A stretch of DNA of 64,000 bases from Escherichia phage A5-4. The position numbers were made by a program, and so were the translations under genes. Each line of letters opens with the position of its first letter. Positions within the stretch are counted from its first letter, which is position 1. The notes under the pieces were generated by a model. That model searched no databases. It was not told where the DNA came from and saw only the letters and a list, made by a program, of their open reading frames with translations. Location of the stretch: the sequence record OP744025. One strand, 5' to 3'. Below, piece by piece: positions 39,069 to 48,018 of this stretch.

Positions 39069-39301
39069 CGAGTACCTCCAAAAATATTTAAAGCTTTAGA
39101 ATAATCAATGTGACCTGGAACAGTGTGGGCCTCTTGTACAAGGCATTGCCGACAAATACGTGACACAACTGTTGTCTTGATCTCTTCTGTATCGTAGAAG
39201 CGAGACATTACCTTTGTAACTTGATTGCATTGAGTAATAACAAAATCGTGTTTACAACTTGGTTTGTTTTCTTCAGTTTCTTTCTTTTTAAAAGGCCACA
39301 T
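39065..39301 (-). CDS. Small zinc-ribbon-like protein
   Basis: CxHD...CxQ...CRQC spacing. Confidence 0.5.
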   Translation of the reverse strand: MWPFKKKETEENKPSCKHDFVITQCNQVTKVMSRFYDTEEIKTTVVSRICRQCLVQEAHTVPGHIDYSKALNIFGGTR

Positions 39302-39309
39302 GGTGACTC

Positions 39310-39492
39310 CTATTCTTCAACTATTTCGTATTCATCTTTCAAGAGCATAAATTGATAGCCCTTGCCCTTATTCGCAATAATAGTACCAGACGCGCTTTCT
39401 TTTGTCACGAAAAGAATTGAATCTTTTTGGACACCGTAATACTTAAGTTGCTCAAGCAGTTTGGTCTTTGATTCTAAGATTTTGACTTTCAT
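39310..39492 (-). CDS. Hypothetical small protein
   Basis: 60-aa ORF. Confidence 0.5.
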   Translation of the reverse strand: MKVKILESKTKLLEQLKYYGVQKDSILFVTKESASGTIIANKGKGYQFMLLKDEYEIVEE

Positions 39493-39749
39493 TAGATATC
39501 AATTACTACGATTTCAAGCATTGAATTTTCAACAGCTTCCTTAAGCTCATCGTATACAATAATAGACCAATCATTATTAAGATTACCTTTGATCAGTTTA
39601 GCCACCTGTTCTAACGAAGTCACAAAAGGTGTGTCACATTCATTATTGGAGAGACTTAACTTTGTATACATAAAGCCATCATCGTCAGCAGTCTGCCAAA
39701 ATGAAACAAATTCACCACTGACCTTATGTTTTGCTGAGTAAAATTTCAT
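39492..39749 (-). CDS. Hypothetical small protein
   Basis: 85-aa ORF. Confidence 0.55.
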   Translation of the reverse strand: MKFYSAKHKVSGEFVSFWQTADDDGFMYTKLSLSNNECDTPFVTSLEQVAKLIKGNLNNDWSIIVYDELKEAVENSMLEIVVIDI

Positions 39750-39770
39750 TTAATTATCCTCTCTGCCAGT

Positions 39771-40037
39771 TTATAATTTTTCTTTGCCCAAAGTAAGACT
39801 AATTTCGAAAGTTTTTGTTATAACTTTGTCGTCTTTGTCGAAGAAATCAAACTGGACATAACTCTCGGCCGAACTGACAACCAGGCCTACAGAGACAGTC
39901 CCTTCTGGTACGAGAGCCTTATATTCTTCTTTTAGCACAACGTCGTAAAAATACAACGCTCCACAATAAACTTCATCCCAACCATCAAAAGATTCGATGA
40001 AAGCTTTTTCAATACCAACTAAAGTCTTTTCTGACAT
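39771..40037 (-). CDS. Hypothetical small protein
   Basis: 88-aa ORF. Confidence 0.55.
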   Translation of the reverse strand: MSEKTLVGIEKAFIESFDGWDEVYCGALYFYDVVLKEEYKALVPEGTVSVGLVVSSAESYVQFDFFDKDDKVITKTFEISLTLGKEKL

Positions 40038-40060
40038 TATATTTTCCTCTTCGTTTCAAG

Positions 40061-40333
40061 TTAGATATAGTCTACACCAGCTTGTTCCAACAAGTCAAGC
40101 CTTAATTTAAGTTCTTTTTCACGATAGTCGGAAACAAGTTTATCCTTTTTCTTTTCTTCTTCTTCGAACTGGTCGAGTGGAAGAATACGAATAATGTGTT
40201 CTGCCTTCATGTAGGATGTTGATCCGATAAGCTGAACATTACCATTTGGCAGTAGTCGGCCTTTGATCACCCGATAACGAGGAAACAGGTCATATTTGAC
40301 GATTGCTGTAACTGCCATATTACTCATGTGCAT
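40061..40333 (-). CDS. Hypothetical small protein
   Basis: 90-aa ORF. Confidence 0.55.
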   Translation of the reverse strand: MHMSNMAVTAIVKYDLFPRYRVIKGRLLPNGNVQLIGSTSYMKAEHIIRILPLDQFEEEEKKKDKLVSDYREKELKLRLDLLEQAGVDYI

Positions 40334-40646
40334 TCTCCATGTCAGAAATTCGATCTTCTACCCAACCACGACGGTAAATGTTGAGGTAAGATTTACCTTT
40401 TGAACCATGATGGGCATATTCGTCAAAATCAAAATCGAAAGGTGTCTCGGTATTAAGACCTGCATCAAAGAATTGATTCTTCATTTCGAATTGCACTTTC
40501 ATGTCTGGATCATTTTTACCCAGGAATGAGGACAAATTAAAACAAAGGCCAGCGCCTCGGTAAAAAGCACCATCTTTTGGTGCACCGATATCTAACCATT
40601 TTTTATATTCTTGATAGAAATTAAGAAGTTGTGGGCTGCTTTTCAT
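40320..40646 (-). CDS. Hypothetical protein, paralog of 50822..51118
   Basis: Shared FYxxYxxWLDxGAP...GLC...DAGLN...PFD motif pattern. Confidence 0.6.
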   Translation of the reverse strand: MKSSPQLLNFYQEYKKWLDIGAPKDGAFYRGAGLCFNLSSFLGKNDPDMKVQFEMKNQFFDAGLNTETPFDFDFDEYAHHGSKGKSYLNIYRRGWVEDRISDMENAHE

Positions 40647-40704
40647 TTTGTTCTCCTCATTTGTTTGATAGGACTACTATAACATAGTCCTATCCGCTTG
40701 TATA

Positions 40705-40947
40705 CTATTTAATTAAAGATTTTATAAATGCCTGATATGATTCAAGGTCCTCTTCTTTAATGTGGACTGTACCAGTCTCATCACCTGAAGAATTGAACAT
40801 CTGTACGATAAGATCTTGGTTGCCAGACGAAATGCAAGATAAGTTGCCTGGCTTCAAGCACTCGTTGTATGTTGCCGCTACATCGGTAAAAGCCGCAACG
40901 TTCCAGACACCACAATAATCCATACTTCTTTGAATAATAAAAATCAT
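40705..40947 (-). CDS. Hypothetical small protein
   Basis: Internal ATG start 1 nt after upstream stop preferred over track start 40995. Confidence 0.5.
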   Translation of the reverse strand: MIFIIQRSMDYCGVWNVAAFTDVAATYNECLKPGNLSCISSGNQDLIVQMFNSSGDETGTVHIKEEDLESYQAFIKSLIK

Positions 40948-40948
40948 C

Positions 40949-41326
40949 TTATACTCCAAATGTGGATTTGATTTCAGCAATAACCTCATGCACATTGTTT
41001 TCGTTTACTTCAAATGTGTAGGACGTTGGTTTAAGGAACGTCTGAGGTGAAACATTAACAAAGAATTCAAATTCATCATCAAAAATTTCAAAGTATTTTC
41101 CAGGTGTTGATTCTTGGCTTTTGAAAACAGTACCATCTTCCATAGTAACAGAAGAAACAGATTTTTCACCAAGGGTGTATGTTTTTAGCTCGTCAACAAC
41201 GAAACTGGGGCCGTGGCGACGGAGTATTTCAACCATAGTTCGGTTAGCTCCACAAATACCAGTACGCTTAATAAATAACTCTTCACACCGAGGATTGAGA
41301 ATATAAGTTTTTCCTACTTGCATCAT
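40949..41326 (-). CDS. Tandem paralog family member 1
   Basis: N-terminal M-x-GKTY-LN and C-terminal SNAQE...I...FNLA shared with next two genes. Confidence 0.65.
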   Translation of the reverse strand: MMQVGKTYILNPRCEELFIKRTGICGANRTMVEILRRHGPSFVVDELKTYTLGEKSVSSVTMEDGTVFKSQESTPGKYFEIFDDEFEFFVNVSPQTFLKPTSYTFEVNENNVHEVIAEIKSTFGV

Positions 41327-41336
41327 TACAATCTCC

Positions 41337-41696
41337 TTATGCTAAGTTAAATGTGGATTTGATCAGGTCAATAACCTCTTGTGCGTTGCTCTCCGACACA
41401 GATACCTGAATAATTTTAAGGTCGCTGACCTCTTCAAAGTATTCGAACTCAGATTCACGAAGTTCAAAGTACATTGCCCCACAGCCCACACTGAATGAAT
41501 CACACCCTACAGCGCCATCTTCTGTTGTGATGTTATTAACATACTCATCACCTTCGATCATGCTCATGTTGTTAACAATAAATCGTGGCCCGTGCTCATC
41601 CAGAAAAGAAACAATCTCGTGATTGTAACTTGGGTCAGCCTTAATAAATTTGTCTACGAGTTTTGGATTAAGTTTATAAGTTTTACCCACTTCCAT
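41337..41696 (-). CDS. Tandem paralog family member 2
   Basis: About 50% identical by eye to 41708..42082. Confidence 0.65.
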   Translation of the reverse strand: MEVGKTYKLNPKLVDKFIKADPSYNHEIVSFLDEHGPRFIVNNMSMIEGDEYVNNITTEDGAVGCDSFSVGCGAMYFELRESEFEYFEEVSDLKIIQVSVSESNAQEVIDLIKSTFNLA

Positions 41697-41707
41697 TTTT
41701 GTTCTCC

Positions 41708-42082
41708 TTACGCCAGGTTAAAGGTAGCTTTAATCAAATCTAAAGTTTCTTGTGCATTACTACGAGAGACGGCAACCTGAATAATAACAGGGTCTTCATC
41801 TTCCCCGACTTCTTTGAAGAAGGGGAATTCACTCTCTGCAAGTTCAAAGTATACACACTTGTTACCTTCGCGGTCGTGAAAAACGTCACTACCTAAAGTA
41901 CCATCTTCAAATATGACATTGTTAACATATCTAACATTATCATAAAAGTAGGTGTTGTTGACAACAAATTTAGGACCGTGTTTATAAAGAAGATCAGCCA
42001 ATTCTTGATTGTAGCTAGGGTCCATACTAATAAAAGCTTTTTCTAAGTCTTTATTAAGAATATAAGTTTTTCCGATTTCCAT
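41708..42082 (-). CDS. Tandem paralog family member 3
   Basis: As above. Confidence 0.65.
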   Translation of the reverse strand: MEIGKTYILNKDLEKAFISMDPSYNQELADLLYKHGPKFVVNNTYFYDNVRYVNNVIFEDGTLGSDVFHDREGNKCVYFELAESEFPFFKEVGEDEDPVIIQVAVSRSNAQETLDLIKATFNLA

Positions 42083-42095
42083 CTTTGTTTTCCTC

Positions 42096-42272
42096 TTATT
42101 TGTTGATGAATTGGCTAAGGATTTCGATAAGATCTTTAGCTTGTTTCTTGTCGAGAATCACGCTGTCTCCTGCATGGCAGATTTCAATAACATCCTCTTC
42201 TGCATGATATTCAACTTCCTTTGCATGAAAATCTTCAGTTTCTTTAATCACTTTTACAATGCGCTGTGTCAT
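42096..42272 (-). CDS. Small protein (58 aa; absent from track)
   Basis: ATG preceded by GGGAGAG RBS; fills gap on coding strand. Confidence 0.5.
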   Translation of the reverse strand: MTQRIVKVIKETEDFHAKEVEYHAEEDVIEICHAGDSVILDKKQAKDLIEILSQFINK

Positions 42273-42382
42273 CTTGTTTCTCTCCCTTTCTCTCTTTCAT
42301 CGTTTAGTTTCGATAAGGTGATAGTACATCAACTAACCAATTATTATTTAGCAATTAGTGCTAAACGCCATAATCAATCTTA

Positions 42383-42625
42383 TTAATTTTCATTTAATAC
42401 CCTTAGTGCTCTCTTTTCACAAATATCCCTGAGCCTGATTACCTCTCCTATTAGATAGGAAATAGCCTTAGCTTGTACTGGTTCATCGTAATCCCCAACC
42501 GTCCCAAACACTTCATCGAGAGATAGGAAGAACTCTGAAGAGTAAATACTGTTTTGATCTTCTATAGCACGGTCTGCATTAAATTTAATATCTTCCAGGG
42601 CGCTATTACTGATATTCATAGTCAA
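42383..42625 (-). CDS. Hypothetical small acidic protein
   Basis: 80-aa ORF. Confidence 0.55.
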   Translation of the reverse strand: MTMNISNSALEDIKFNADRAIEDQNSIYSSEFFLSLDEVFGTVGDYDEPVQAKAISYLIGEVIRLRDICEKRALRVLNEN

Positions 42626-43047
42626 ACTCCATAATCTATCTTAACAAGCTTCCCTTTGTAGTATCCAAAGTTTTTAGGAAATGCGTCGTACTCGAAGAAA
42701 TCTCGGTCAAGGGTTCTATCTTTATCGTTATCAACCTCATCATAAAGTTTTTGTAGATCAGCTGTAAATAATCCCTTATTCTCTACTGGTTTAGCCTTGT
42801 GCATCACAACCATAAGTCCGAATCTGTTTGAGTAAGCTATTGGGCATAGATGCGGGTTATTATACCCTTTCCACTGACCCTCCGTCATATTGCTGAGCAT
42901 TCCCTGAACAAACGCCTTCCATGAATTAAATCTTGGGAACTTAATCGCATACTTGTTTGTGATTATGACAATTCTCGTCCCACCACTCCTGTTTATCTGC
43001 ATCTTAATATCTCCAGACCTCGTTACTTGTTTCGATGAGGGCATCAT
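42622..43047 (-). CDS. Hypothetical protein with kinase-like motif spacing
   Basis: YAIKF, DRDFFEYDAFPKNFG, IDYG; only 141 aa. Confidence 0.5.
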   Translation of the reverse strand: MMPSSKQVTRSGDIKMQINRSGGTRIVIITNKYAIKFPRFNSWKAFVQGMLSNMTEGQWKGYNNPHLCPIAYSNRFGLMVVMHKAKPVENKGLFTADLQKLYDEVDNDKDRTLDRDFFEYDAFPKNFGYYKGKLVKIDYGV

Positions 43048-43085
43048 ACCAGAATGAATCTGTGTGTCAACACTTTTTATTCAGG

Positions 43086-43112
43086 CAATAAAAAACCACC
43101 CCGAAGGGTGGC
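43086..43112 (-). terminator. Rho-independent terminator after polymerase 3' exon
   Basis: On minus strand GCCACCC-TTCG-GGGTGG then TTTTTTATT. Confidence 0.7.
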
Positions 43113-43129
43113 TTAAGATTAAAATTTCA

Positions 43130-43429
43130 TTAGTGACAATCTCCCCAGCTGTATCCACAAAGGTATTCTCCAGTTATCATCACTGGTGATTTCATCATCT
43201 TAGCTGCTTGTTCGACACAACGAACAACCATCTCTCCTACAGGGCAGTATGTAATAGTGAAGATACCATTTTCATCTGGATCACACTTAAACTTCCCTTC
43301 CTTCACGCAATGACCATCCAAGATCATTTTCTTAGCCAAGCAAGCTTCTACAAATTTCTTCGCGTCAGCTTCATTGTCAAAGGTCCAAGTCTTCTTAAAC
43401 TTGTGTGGCACTTCAAGCTGGTATTCATC
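43130..43429 (-). CDS. DNA polymerase (family A) 3' exon
   Basis: Begins DEYQLEVPHK (motif C, cf. Klenow HDELVFEVHKDD); ends ...GYSWGDCH (cf. T7 ...GPNWAICH). Confidence 0.65.
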   Translation of the reverse strand, partial: DEYQLEVPHKFKKTWTFDNEADAKKFVEACLAKKMILDGHCVKEGKFKCDPDENGIFTITYCPVGEMVVRCVEQAAKMMKSPVMITGEYLCGYSWGDCH

Positions 43430-44201
43430 CAAAAGTTTAACGAGGTCGTTACTCTCGCCCACATCATTACATGTTGCCATACGTTTTCACGTATGGATCG
43501 GACTATATCACCATCCTTTTCAGGATGCTCCCCATTTCGACGGCACTTGCTCGCCTACGCCTCTCGGCTAGTCTCTGAACGTTAGGACCATGTGTAGTCA
43601 CAAGAGATGTGTGTCCAGTTTTTACGGATTTTTATGGACCTTACCACGTTGTAAGGATAACCCATATCCCGAATCTGTGCACTTCCATAACCTTGCCCCA
43701 GGAAGTTGCAAATCTCTCTAACCTCTTCTTCGGTAACTATACTTCTGGCGTTATCAACCCCTGTTGCTGAACGACATTTATCAGCAAAGGTTTTCTTGAT
43801 ATTTCCACCACGAGTTGTCCATTGGAGGTTTGAATAGTGGTTATTCCTTTTGTCAGGCCACTTATGATCAACCTCCGGCAAACCTTCAGGGTTTGGTACA
43901 AAACACTCTGCCACCAAAACGTGAACAGCCTTTGTAGTCGTCCTTTTGTTGAGATACAGACTTACAATAAGATACCCACGTCCATTATCAACTGCCGCCA
44001 TTGGTTTCCCTCGACGACCTATAATGGTCCCGTCTTCATAAACCTTGTAACCGAAATAATCTTTATATTCCACATGATCCTCTTCGCTGCTGATTAACAT
44101 AGTCTCATACTAACTCACACTTGAATTAATATCAACCTTAGTCTTCCAGCAATTAAAGGAGTTTTCGATGTGAGTTACCTCACAAAGCCACAATGTTACT
44201 T
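43430..44201 (-). mobile_element. Group I intron in DNA polymerase gene
   Basis: Group I elements R (GTTCAGAGACTAG) and S (GATATAGTCC) flanking a P8-like hairpin; free-standing HNH ORF; exon ends in U, intron ends in G; splice restores YYHDEYQLEV. Confidence 0.7.
43582..44100 (-). CDS. Intron-encoded HNH endonuclease
   Basis: GYLIVSL motif plus HNH core LVAECFVPNP...VDHKWPDKRNN...NLQWTT. Confidence 0.75.
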   Translation of the reverse strand: MLISSEEDHVEYKDYFGYKVYEDGTIIGRRGKPMAAVDNGRGYLIVSLYLNKRTTTKAVHVLVAECFVPNPEGLPEVDHKWPDKRNNHYSNLQWTTRGGNIKKTFADKCRSATGVDNARSIVTEEEVREICNFLGQGYGSAQIRDMGYPYNVVRSIKIRKNWTHISCDYTWS

Positions 44202-46085
44202 ATGGTAATAGATAATACGTCTAACGCCTTCATCATACCAACCTTTCTTGACCAACTGCCAGTGCAGGAGGATACCCACCAAGTCAAACAGTGCAGCACC
44301 ACCATTCTGCTGATAAGCATTAAGCAATGAGTGTTTGGAACGAGTGTAGATCTTACGCCCATCCAGACCATAGATGAATCGCTTACCGTTAGCTTCCCAA
44401 AACTTCTCTAATGCTTCTTTACGACCTTTCAAGCCGATGTTGCTATCCCAGAATGCGTCGATTACTGCTTGGGCTTTCTCAAGACTGATACCAAGCATTG
44501 ATGCAATCTTCGCTGCCTGTGCCCCGTACATGATTCCGTATGTCACCCCTTTACCTTCGCCACGAGAAACCTTCTTCCCTGCTGCTTTGGTATATGCTTC
44601 TGCGTTTCGGGAGTGAGCATCTCCAGATTCCATGATACGAAGATAAGCACCGCCATCGAAATCATAAGCGCCCCATGCTGCGATCATGCCTTCCAAGTTT
44701 GAACCGTCGATACCTACCTGATATTTACCCTCAGAGGCTCTGAATAGTTCACGCATCTCTTTACCGAGAAGAACTTTCTCATCCGGCTTAGGTACGTTTG
44801 CTACGATCGTATGCTTACGACGACCTGTGTTAGTTATTCCACTATAACGGGCCGGAAGTTTACCGTCAACTCGTAGACGTGGATGGTTAAGCCATCCGGT
44901 ATCAACCTTCTCTTCTTTCAGCGGGTCAAGAACAGATCGTCGGTTACGTAAAGACAGCCATTTAACAATCTGTTTAGCCATTTCACCATCTACTCGCTCA
45001 AGGTTAGGGCAAAGACCTTGCTGATCCTTAAGTTGCGGGGATGTTGGCAATGCACGAGCTTTCTTACGGAAAAACTTGAACATCTTTTCTTTATCTGACC
45101 ACTGCTTAGGTGTGATCGCCAAGCTTTTCAGAATCAGATCACGATACTCCGTCTGATCCAAATCTTCAATGTATTGACGAACAATCAGATCAACCTCACT
45201 ATCAGGACGCTGTTTCTTGAACTGATCTTTAGTTGCATCCTTTGTACGCCAAATTGTTGGGACCCACCCTGCATCACGGATCAGGAACTTCTTAACGTCG
45301 TCCTGGTTACCAATACGCATCGGAATCATAATGTCCGGCATCTTTTGTTCTTTGATATCCATCAAAGCACGAGCCATATCTTCCGGCGGCAAAGGAACAA
45401 GTCCTTGCTGCTTAACGTTTTGTGCACGGATAAAATCACCCATTTTGGATTCATCCTCTACACCGTGCTCAACACAATACTTGATCGCGGCGGCAGTAAG
45501 AGATCCGTCAGCCTTAAACGGCTTACTTGGTGCACCTTTAAACTCCAAGGCTTCCCAATTGATATTATAACCTAACTTCTCTAACCATTTCCAACCTGTA
45601 CCGGAAAGAGATCCATCACCCTTGAAAGGTTTAGATGGGAATGTCGGTTGTGCTGATTTCGACATCTCTTTCTTCGGCAACTTAGGTTCAACCTCTAACT
45701 CAATGTCTGTCATCATCTTATCGATACGATCACGAAGCTTGAGTGCTTTTTCTTCATCAAATGAAACACCCTGAATTTCTTGCTCAATCATCAGGTAGTC
45801 AGTCAACATACCTCGACGCAGGGCATTCTTCCAGTTGATCATTTTATACTTCTTCTGATCTTTGTCTGTTTCATCCTTATACATGAAGCGTTTATCATCC
45901 GGCATAGATTCACAAGAGATCTCTTTCATCAGAGCATCCCATACCATTTCGTTGATAATTACGTCTTCAATAATACGATCGCAATACTTCCAAAGTGGAA
46001 GGCCACGCCAATCTTCGATCGCCACTTTCTGGTTAGCTACTCGCATACCCCAAGCTTCAAGCCCGTGTGGCCCTACAGGCTTCAT
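44202..46085 (-). CDS. DNA polymerase (family A) polymerase-domain exon
   Basis: HGLEAWG (cf. T7 HALEAWG), Exo III-like DRIIEDVII, motif A/B region, ...GVRRIIYYH at exon end; track ORF reads through to stop at 44196. Confidence 0.75.
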
Positions 46086-46531
46086 TTTACCGTGACGGGG
46101 TTCTTTACCATCTCAGGACAACCGCGAGGCAGAGGGCGATCTGGATACAGTGTACGGGACATTGAAAGTGTATCGAAGATGTTTACTTGTTTACCATTAA
46201 TCGTACCCATGCAACCAGGGTCTGCAAACATATCGTAAGTTGTTCCAAGCATCTTCTTAAACAACTGGAGGTCGTAGCCGAAGATGTTGTGGATAGCAAT
46301 TGCTTTAGGCTCTGTGACAAACCACTCGTTTAATTCCTCAATGGTCCGAATCTTAAAGTTTTTACCTTTAGATTGGATAAATTTAACAGCTTGATCGTAA
46401 CCTTCCCGCTGGGGATCAAGAAAGATGTTCCAGTTATCTTTTTTATACTCTTTAAACAAGACGCAGTGAATCAGATCAACCTCTGTCAATAGACCATTCG
46501 CTTCCGCATCTCCAATAAATAAGCCTTTCAT
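46082..46531 (-). CDS. DNA polymerase N-terminal 3'-5' exonuclease segment
   Basis: Exo I DAEANGL and Exo II HNIFGYD; ATG at 46531 after AAGGAG RBS preferred over track start 46555; 4-nt overlap with next ORF in a different frame. Confidence 0.65.
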   Translation of the reverse strand: MKGLFIGDAEANGLLTEVDLIHCVLFKEYKKDNWNIFLDPQREGYDQAVKFIQSKGKNFKIRTIEELNEWFVTEPKAIAIHNIFGYDLQLFKKMLGTTYDMFADPGCMGTINGKQVNIFDTLSMSRTLYPDRPLPRGCPEMVKNPVTVK

Positions 46532-46604
46532 TTTTTCTCCTTCTTCAAGCTCCAACTAGACTAAAACAAAGCCCAGCCGGAGGTATGACCCTTCGGCTAG
46601 GTTA

Positions 46605-46697
46605 TCAAAAGTGTCGGTATCCTTCATCAATAAAATAAAGCATCACTAACAGGGCGAATACCCCACATAAGAAGATCAAGCCCAATAAGGTGGGCAT
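46605..46697 (-). CDS. Possible 30-aa hydrophobic peptide
   Basis: ATG overlapping upstream stop (TGATG); single hydrophobic helix. Confidence 0.3.
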   Translation of the reverse strand: MPTLLGLIFLCGVFALLVMLYFIDEGYRHF

Positions 46698-46930
46698 CAG
46701 TCTTCTATTACCTCAAATTCACCACTAAAAGCTACGATAGTTTCACCGTAGCCCATGTTCAATCGGGCAGTTGTAGGTTTGCCATTCCTAGATAGATAGT
46801 ACACCCTCGCTTCGTAAATGTCACCAACTTTTACACCGTAAGCCTGTAGGTCTTTGTTATTGATATCTTTATTTTCAGCATTGATTATTCGAACACTGCT
46901 GATCTCTGAGTATACAGAATTATCTTTCAT
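46697..46930 (-). CDS. Hypothetical small protein
   Basis: Internal ATG coupled (TAATG) to upstream stop preferred over track start 46972. Confidence 0.5.
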   Translation of the reverse strand: MKDNSVYSEISSVRIINAENKDINNKDLQAYGVKVGDIYEARVYYLSRNGKPTTARLNMGYGETIVAFSGEFEVIED

Positions 46931-47214
46931 CAGTATTTTTCCTCTGGACGGAAAACTCCACGGCAAGCCCACATACTTGCTTCTTTGAGGCGATCTTTAG
47001 CCTTAGATAAGCAATCAGATGCAAAAAGCACGGAATCTAGATCCCCTTCGGGAATCGAAGAGTCATTAGCCAGTCGATTATATTCCTCAATAATCTCGTC
47101 TTCTAATGCTTTTAAAATAAGACCTAAACGAATTTCAGCATCTTTAATGGCATTCACCTTACCGATTTTTTCATCGGTGTGTGGTTTGTAGCCCTTAATG
47201 TCATCAATAGCCAT
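46930..47214 (-). CDS. Hypothetical acidic protein
   Basis: 94-aa ORF. Confidence 0.55.
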   Translation of the reverse strand: MAIDDIKGYKPHTDEKIGKVNAIKDAEIRLGLILKALEDEIIEEYNRLANDSSIPEGDLDSVLFASDCLSKAKDRLKEASMWACRGVFRPEEKY

Positions 47215-47696
47215 TACCAGTCCTCCTCTGTTTGTTCATACTCTGAAGGGGTGATGAAGTAATTCTGACCCCGCTTGCACTGGTTGAAAGTCCCAACATA
47301 CCAAGTACCGATATCCATGTTGATGAAAGTTTCTTCTTGAACAAAGATCAGATCAGCAAGATTATTGTCTGATCGTTGAGTCGCTAATAAAATATGCTCA
47401 AAATCTGCTAATGTCAGGTTATAACAGAAGCCGTCTTCGTCTTCCATGATTGCAACAACAGAACTACGCCCTTGGGTAAATTTACGAAACTGTAGACGTA
47501 AATGGCGATGCTCATGATCATTAGTCTTAACCTTTTTTCGATTTTCAAAGTATTCTTCGGAATAGTGTGGATGCTTTAATTTCAGTTTTTCAATTTCCTC
47601 AATAGAAAGAGCGTCCTTATCCCAACCAGTAAACCACTTACCATTATCATTAAATACCGCAGGGTATTTACGCTTACTTAAATCTTTAAACATCAT
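47214..47696 (-). CDS. Hypothetical protein
   Basis: Start at ATGATG after GGAGG RBS preferred over track start 47756. Confidence 0.55.
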   Translation of the reverse strand: MMFKDLSKRKYPAVFNDNGKWFTGWDKDALSIEEIEKLKLKHPHYSEEYFENRKKVKTNDHEHRHLRLQFRKFTQGRSSVVAIMEDEDGFCYNLTLADFEHILLATQRSDNNLADLIFVQEETFINMDIGTWYVGTFNQCKRGQNYFITPSEYEQTEEDW

Positions 47697-48018
47697 AGTC
47701 CTCCCCATAAATATCTTGAATTTTTGAAACCAGGTATTCAGGATCACTACCATCATACCACACTTCTACGAAAACCTTTTGGGAATCCTTAACGATCTTT
47801 GCCCCTACTCTTTCAATCCCCTTAAAGAAAGATTGTAAGATGTAATCATCCAGCAAGTTCACCCCGTAAGCATCGTGGAGAGATTTCTCATCGTGAACAT
47901 ACACAACCATCTTACCATCGTAGGTGAGTTGGATATGGGGATCATCTTCCCAAGCAATAGCCGGAGAATCCGGCTCAAGCTTTGCGATAACCCCAATCGT
48001 CAAGCAGTTGTCACTCAC
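47686..48018 (-). CDS. Hypothetical protein
   Basis: 110-aa ORF, coupled. Confidence 0.55.
   Translation of the reverse strand: MSDNCLTIGVIAKLEPDSPAIAWEDDPHIQLTYDGKMVVYVHDEKSLHDAYGVNLLDDYILQSFFKGIERVGAKIVKDSQKVFVEVWYDGSDPEYLVSKIQDIYGEDYDV

Noticed and set aside
42111-42386. 91-aa plus-strand ORF in the early (minus) arm
   Set aside because: Opposite to all neighbouring genes; the minus strand here has a better-supported 58-aa ORF with a strong RBS.
43130-43480. Stand-alone 116-aa gene as given by the ORF track
   Set aside because: Its C-terminal 100 aa are the missing motif C and C-terminus of the DNA polymerase; the first 17 codons are intron sequence read through by chance.
43430-44201. 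Intein as the explanation for the interrupted polymerase and helicase
   Set aside because: Inserts are not in-frame with the host proteins (stop codons at both borders), carry free-standing HNH ORFs, and show group I R/S RNA elements.
46082-46555. Separately expressed exonuclease subunit (stop/start ATGA overlap suggests coupling)
   Set aside because: The Exo III-like catalytic segment lies in the next ORF, so a functional split is unlikely; a frameshift on the CCCC run is more parsimonious, though not excluded.
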